The notes under the pieces: model-generated
The model's database searches: none
What the model was told of the DNA's origin: nothing
What the model saw: the letters and a program-made list of their open reading frames with translations, nothing else
Position numbers and translations under genes: made by a program
Part shown: in pieces, positions 60,056-64,000 of the stretch
Layout of the letters: each line of letters begins with the position of its first letter
Numbering within the stretch: position 1 is the first letter of the stretch
IMG/VR virus record: IMGVR_UViG_3300043436_003510
Location: 5,937 to 69,936 of that record
Length of the DNA stretch: 64,000 nt
Source of the DNA: a virus
Direction: 5' to 3' (one strand)

Positions 60056-61531
60056 TTATGCTTTTCTGTTTTTGGGAAGCAAAACAACTTTTTTGATTGA
60101 GTCATCATCTTTGTCTGGTTTTGCTCCAGCAAAGCCGTCACATAATGCTGTAACTTTCCCAGTTACATCAGGATATATATCTTTGACAGACTTGCGTATA
60201 AGACCGTCTTTCACTTTGGCTGATTTCGCTTTCAACCAGTCCGCCATCTTGCCCCAATGAGTAGGCGTGTGGCCCTCTTCGTACCCCATCAACCCTTGAG
60301 AAATTGTTTCAGCAACAAACTCTAAACCGTTAACCGAGGCGTACCCACTTACCTTTTGCCATTCCTCTCGTTGTGCAATATCCGCCCGCTCACTATCTGA
60401 CAAATCGTCCCATAGAGCATCTCTGTCGTTGAAGCGCGTGAAGTAAAACTTTTCAGCCTCTTCCATTAAATACATGAGCGCTAAACGCCGTCGCTCAGCA
60501 TCGGACTTGTCTTTATATCTAGCCTTGTCGCCTCTTATAAGAAGTTCACCACGAATGGCTACCTCTAATTCCTCATCCGTATCAAAACGCTGCCAATACC
60601 TTTCGGTAGACATTGCTTTTAAGTTTGCTACCAATTCCTTTTCAGACCTAGCATTAAAATTGATGCCATCCTTTTCAACAGCACGAAGAATATGTTTAGC
60701 GTGACCAAACTCATGAGAAGCAAGATATGCACCATAAAAAGAATCAATATCTTCCTTTGAATAACCAGCATCCCTCATGTCGGTAATAATCTTCAGCCCC
60801 CACCCATGGTCTCTCGCAAAAATAGGTTCCTTGTCTGGGCTAAAATCCAACCCAGCAAAAAATGGCTTGTCAGCGTTATCACTAGCGCCATACACAAAAA
60901 CGCCAGGAAGATTGCCACCAAACAAGCCCCCCGTCATCTTGCCGTCAACAGAAATAACATCAAGACGCTTAGCAGTTTCAGGGTCACGCTCGGCACCCTC
61001 CAAAAGCATCACAACACGAGAAACATCAATATTGCGAACAGAACCATCTTCATTGCGCGAAGGATACAAAGCAGTTAAATCTAAATCTTTATACAAATTA
61101 GGGAAAGCAGAACGAACAGCCTTACTCATATTTTTAGGGTCACGAATATCGCCGTGCTTTTTAGAAAACTTCTTCTCCAAGTTATCCAAGTTATCCAAAA
61201 TACTTTCAGCAGATTTAAACGGTTTGCGCTCCTTCCATTCAACAGAATTCTTAAAAGCCCACATTTGTTTAACAACATCGCCCCTATCATTCAAAACATT
61301 AATCTGCTCAATATCATTCTCATGCGAATGAGGTAAACGGAAAAACCTCAAAACACTGCCATTACGCTGAACCAAAGACTCAATATTCTTAGGAGCAGGA
61401 ACATTATCTCTGCCGTCAGGGCCCGTTAAAAAGCCATCACCATCACCATCAAAATCAGAAGGCTTCACAGGCTTAGCCGCACCAATAGCACGACCCAAAA
61501 CCTTCACACCAGAAATATCAGACAAACGCAT
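60056..61531 (-). CDS. DGDGDG-tagged effector with zincin metallopeptidase domain
   Basis: VKVLGRAIG..KPSDFDGDGDGFLTGPDGRDNVPAP; HEFGH and VSGYA..N..EFVAE. Confidence 0.8.
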   Translation of the reverse strand: MRLSDISGVKVLGRAIGAAKPVKPSDFDGDGDGFLTGPDGRDNVPAPKNIESLVQRNGSVLRFFRLPHSHENDIEQINVLNDRGDVVKQMWAFKNSVEWKERKPFKSAESILDNLDNLEKKFSKKHGDIRDPKNMSKAVRSAFPNLYKDLDLTALYPSRNEDGSVRNIDVSRVVMLLEGAERDPETAKRLDVISVDGKMTGGLFGGNLPGVFVYGASDNADKPFFAGLDFSPDKEPIFARDHGWGLKIITDMRDAGYSKEDIDSFYGAYLASHEFGHAKHILRAVEKDGINFNARSEKELVANLKAMSTERYWQRFDTDEELEVAIRGELLIRGDKARYKDKSDAERRRLALMYLMEEAEKFYFTRFNDRDALWDDLSDSERADIAQREEWQKVSGYASVNGLEFVAETISQGLMGYEEGHTPTHWGKMADWLKAKSAKVKDGLIRKSVKDIYPDVTGKVTALCDGFAGAKPDKDDDSIKKVVLLPKNRKA

Positions 61532-61773
61532 AACACACAATTATCACACAAAAAAGCCACAACTTTTCATCCACGACCAACCGCTCCCCTCGCAGACAAA
61601 ACCCCAAAACAACCAGCCACCAGCCGCAACACCACACACCACCCAAAACCAACAAGCCACTCGGCAGTACCCATTCAGTTTAATTTAAAAGAAACAACTG
61701 GGGATATAAAAATTTGGCACAGGCACGCCCGCGCTACCCAGCCCACGCACTTAGAAAGGAGTCCCGCCTTTTG

Positions 61774-61961
61774 CGAACAGGTGTTCGCTTTGTGCGTTGT
61801 GTTATGCAACCGAACAGGTGTTCGTATGTGCCAGTTGCGTTTTGCTACCGAACATGTGTTCGTATGGTTTCGTTTTGCTACTTGTGTTCGTTTTGTTTTG
61901 CTACTTGCTTAGTTGTTTGTTGCTACTTGTGTGCTTGCTTTTGTTTGCGAACGCTTGTTCG
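61774..61961. promoter_or_regulatory. Cluster of four LexA/SOS-box-like palindromes
   Basis: CGAAC-N4-GTTCG at 61774, 61811, 61849, 61948. Confidence 0.8.
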
Positions 61962-61997
61962 TATGTCAATCGTCACACAGAAAGTTTGTCGTATGAC

Positions 61998-62026
61998 TTG
62001 ACTATGTAACACCCTTGTTGTATAGT
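61998..62026 (+). promoter_or_regulatory. Near-consensus early-type promoter (copy 1)
   Basis: TTGACT-17-TATAGT with TG extension. Confidence 0.8.
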
Positions 62027-62077
62027 TATCTGTGTTGAGGGGAACCCCAAGACATACCTACTAGAAAGAAGAAAGAC

Positions 62078-62233
62078 ATGACACAGACAAAAGCCTTACC
62101 GCATTTCTGTTCTGAAATGTGCGCCACAGAAGCACACGAGGCAGGCGCACACGAGGGGCGTTGGATAGACACAGAGAGCGAGTCATACCTGAACGCTCAC
62201 CCTGACGCAGAGGAGCGTTGCGACTGGTGCTAA
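62078..62233 (+). CDS. Small Cys-containing early protein (51 aa, not in ORF track)
   Basis: MTQTKALPHFCSEMCATEAHEAG...EERCDWC after promoter and AGAAAG. Confidence 0.6.
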   Translation: MTQTKALPHFCSEMCATEAHEAGAHEGRWIDTESESYLNAHPDAEERCDWC

Positions 62234-62252
62234 TGCGCCAAGAGCAAGACAA

Positions 62253-62269
62253 GGGGGGCGCAAGCCCCC
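62253..62269 (+). terminator. GC hairpin with GCAA loop after small gene
   Basis: ggggc-gcaa-gcccc; no U tract. Confidence 0.4.
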
Positions 62270-62325
62270 AAGCCCCACGGGTGCCCTTACGGGTGAACTA
62301 CTAGACACACACAGAAAGACACACA

Positions 62326-62442
62326 ATGACCATCGCAGAACTCATCGCAGAACTCGCACAGTATGACCCCGATGACAGAGTGGCATACGCTTATGTCACC
62401 TACAAGGGGCGCAAGGCTAAGAGGCGCAAGCGTCACGGGTGA
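62326..62442 (+). CDS. Small early protein (38 aa)
   Basis: MTIAELIAELAQYDPDDRV... typical small phage protein start. Confidence 0.6.
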   Translation: MTIAELIAELAQYDPDDRVAYAYVTYKGRKAKRRKRHG

Positions 62443-62451
62443 CCTCACGGG

Positions 62452-62480
62452 TTGCAATATATAACAAGACCTGTTATACT
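62452..62480 (+). promoter_or_regulatory. Leaderless promoter
   Basis: TTGCAA-17-TATACT, ATG 6 nt downstream. Confidence 0.7.
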
Positions 62481-62486
62481 GAACTC

Positions 62487-62729
62487 ATGCAAGCAAGACA
62501 ACTACACAGCGACATGAACCTCAGAGAGACAATCGCTCACCTAGTAGCCACAGAGAGAGAGGCACGCAGTCGCTTTCGTTGGGGCTCACCATGTAGGTTC
62601 ATACGCACCGTGGACATCCTCACACACATCGTGTTACCCGAACTATTGGAGCGCACAGCCCCACGGGTGACTAGATACCTGAGAAGCACAAGCCCACGAT
62701 GGGGCAGGTCATGGAGAGAGTGGGAGTAA
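62487..62729 (+). CDS. Hypothetical early protein
   Basis: Start moved to ATG 62487 to fit the promoter. Confidence 0.55.
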   Translation: MQARQLHSDMNLRETIAHLVATEREARSRFRWGSPCRFIRTVDILTHIVLPELLERTAPRVTRYLRSTSPRWGRSWREWE

Positions 62730-62731
62730 TC

Positions 62732-62956
62732 CTACTCTCTACCCGCCCGCCACTTGCGAGCATTGTGAGCGTGTACAGAGATGTACGCCACAGCACCGAA
62801 GATGAACCCATACTGACGGGTCACCAATGCATACCCAATCCATAGCACCTCATTGAGCGCAGTGATACCCCAAGCCCACCAATGACGACGACCCACGAGC
62901 AGAAGCCCCGTTACGCCGATTATGGACAGCACCCATGACCACAGTTGGTCAGTCAT
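62732..62956 (-). CDS. Short PnuC-like membrane protein
   Basis: WSWVLS.IG..G..L.GR..WW.W...NE.LW..YA....QYGF. Confidence 0.65.
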   Translation of the reverse strand: MTDQLWSWVLSIIGVTGLLLVGRRHWWAWGITALNEVLWIGYALVTRQYGFIFGAVAYISVHAHNARKWRAGRE

Positions 62957-63032
62957 TACGAAGCATGGACAGCAGTAGGATGATGACAGTCAAGAGCGGG
63001 ACTGCAAAGAAAAAACGCACGAACCATATCAT
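62949..63032 (-). CDS. 27-aa single-TM peptide
   Basis: MIWFVRFFFAVPLLTVIILLLSMLRND; overlaps both neighbours and fills the gap. Confidence 0.4.
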   Translation of the reverse strand: MIWFVRFFFAVPLLTVIILLLSMLRND

Positions 63033-63355
63033 CGCGTATCGCCGTCACCGCTAATGACCCCACGGGTATCACGGTCACCAAGTTTGTCCAAGTTCATGAC
63101 AGCGACATCGGAGAGTGGTGTGTTCAGTTCCATAGCAACCATAGCCACATACCAAAGGACATCGCCCAACTCAGCCAGTAGCACAGCCTTGCGTTCGGGG
63201 GTAATCTCGCCACCCTCGTCACGGATAGCCTTCTTCAATTTGCCAGCCACCTCGCCAGCCTCGGAAGCCATACCAAGGACGGTATAGACCAGTCCTGACT
63301 CTTTCGGGTACATAGCGGTCGTGGATGCAAACATCTGATAGTCGTCAATATTCAT
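63029..63355 (-). CDS. mazG: MazG-like nucleotide pyrophosphohydrolase
   Basis: DYQ..A..TA.YP, LG..SEAGEVA.K.KK..RD, ELGDVLWYVA; start ATG 63355. Confidence 0.88.
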   Translation of the reverse strand: MNIDDYQMFASTTAMYPKESGLVYTVLGMASEAGEVAGKLKKAIRDEGGEITPERKAVLLAELGDVLWYVAMVAMELNTPLSDVAVMNLDKLGDRDTRGVISGDGDTR

Positions 63356-63377
63356 GAGGGGTACATTACCATCACTA

Positions 63378-63626
63378 TTACCGCTCCTCGTACCATGTGC
63401 CGTCCTGATTGAGAACCATCCAATAGTACGGTGCGACACATTCGGAGACATTGACGGGTGCGTCTTTTGCCTCCCAACGACCAGGGTAGATACTAATCTG
63501 ACAGACGGGTGTGTCGTCATCTGTTGCCTCAGCAACGACTAGCAGTGTGGAGAGAGCCAACCCTCCCCATACAAGGGTGCGGACGGCGGTTCTAATGGTG
63601 TAGTAGATAGGTGCGTGTTTCTTCAT
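63378..63626 (-). CDS. Small membrane-anchored protein
   Basis: TM segment; leaderless promoter upstream. Confidence 0.6.
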   Translation of the reverse strand: MKKHAPIYYTIRTAVRTLVWGGLALSTLLVVAEATDDDTPVCQISIYPGRWEAKDAPVNVSECVAPYYWMVLNQDGTWYEER

Positions 63627-63632
63627 GTACCA

Positions 63633-63661
63633 AGTATGACACGGGTGTAATTACATGTCAA
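63633..63661 (-). promoter_or_regulatory. Leaderless promoter (divergent)
   Basis: TTGACA-17-CATACT, ATG 6 nt downstream. Confidence 0.7.
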
Positions 63662-63685
63662 GCATTATCCACAGAATGAAACGAC

Positions 63686-63714
63686 TTGACTATGTAACAC
63701 CCATAGTGTATAGT
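63686..63714 (+). promoter_or_regulatory. Near-consensus early-type promoter (copy 2)
   Basis: TTGACT-17-TATAGT; 20-bp identity with 61995-62014. Confidence 0.8.
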
Positions 63715-63763
63715 TACATGTATTGAGAGGAAACCCCTCACAGTAACTACTAGAAAGAAAAAT

Positions 63764-63922
63764 ATGTTTATCCCAAACAGTGAAATAGAATGGCACGAGA
63801 AGCCCACAGAATGTCAGTGGTTCGCAGGTTGTCACAAAGAAGTGGCAGGCTTACAGAAGCACATAGCACTAGGAATGGTTCCAGTGTGTGAGCGTCACCA
63901 CGAATTCGCAGAAAGCAAATAG
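63764..63922 (+). CDS. Small Cys/His early protein (52 aa, not in ORF track)
   Basis: CQWFAGC...H...G.VPVCERH. Confidence 0.65.
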   Translation: MFIPNSEIEWHEKPTECQWFAGCHKEVAGLQKHIALGMVPVCERHHEFAESK

Positions 63923-63931
63923 TCGTAAGAC

Positions 63932-63957
63932 GGGGGGGGCGAAAGCCCCCCTTTTTC
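63932..63957 (+). terminator. Rho-independent terminator
   Basis: ggggggc-gaaa-gcccccc-ttttt. Confidence 0.85.
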
Positions 63958-64000
63958 TCGTTAGCGGTAGTTCACCTCAAAGCCCAACTCAGTCAGCCCG

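Noticed and set aside
54875-61531. Repeats as DGR template/variable regions
   Set aside because: No reverse transcriptase in the window; differences between copies are not adenine-specific
61774-61961. Palindromic repeats as a mini-CRISPR array (two are 37-38 bp apart; a Cas4-like gene is present)
   Set aside because: Repeats are only 14 bp with variable centres, spacing is irregular, spacers are low-complexity, and no cas operon is present; they fit LexA boxes better
61714-62009. Cys/hydrophobic ORFs 61714..62001 and 61797..62009
   Set aside because: Translation of T/G-rich regulatory repeats; they overlap the SOS boxes and promoter

Overview
This window is a 64-kb segment of a large tailed dsDNA phage with an HK97-fold head and a contractile tail, most likely infecting an actinobacterium (leaderless promoters, CGAAC-N4-GTTCG SOS boxes). 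Two arms diverge at about 27.85 kb. Leftward (minus strand) run terminase, a Rad52-like/RecB-like recombination pair, an IbrA/IbrB-like PAPS-reductase/ParB pair, neck, sheath, tube, chaperone with a candidate -1 frameshift, tape measure, baseplate and collagen/glycine-rich fibres. Rightward run a portal-MuF fusion, thioredoxin, prohead protease, about 14.5 kb of accessory head-region genes and the major capsid gene. These are followed by class II RNR, a phosphatase + deacetylase pair, small early genes and a motif-rich non-coding region. The main candidate novel system is a set of six large proteins with one of two shared N-terminal tags (RCPPGT..GG..TD...C or DGDGDGF.TGPDGRDN.P) behind Lys-type processing-like sites. 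They carry variable C-terminal protein-modifying domains (HipA/PI4K-like kinases, a pseudokinase, GNAT acetyltransferases, a zincin protease). Four have small downstream partner genes, and the phage separately encodes matching eraser enzymes. All assignments come from reading motifs by eye; no database searches were run.
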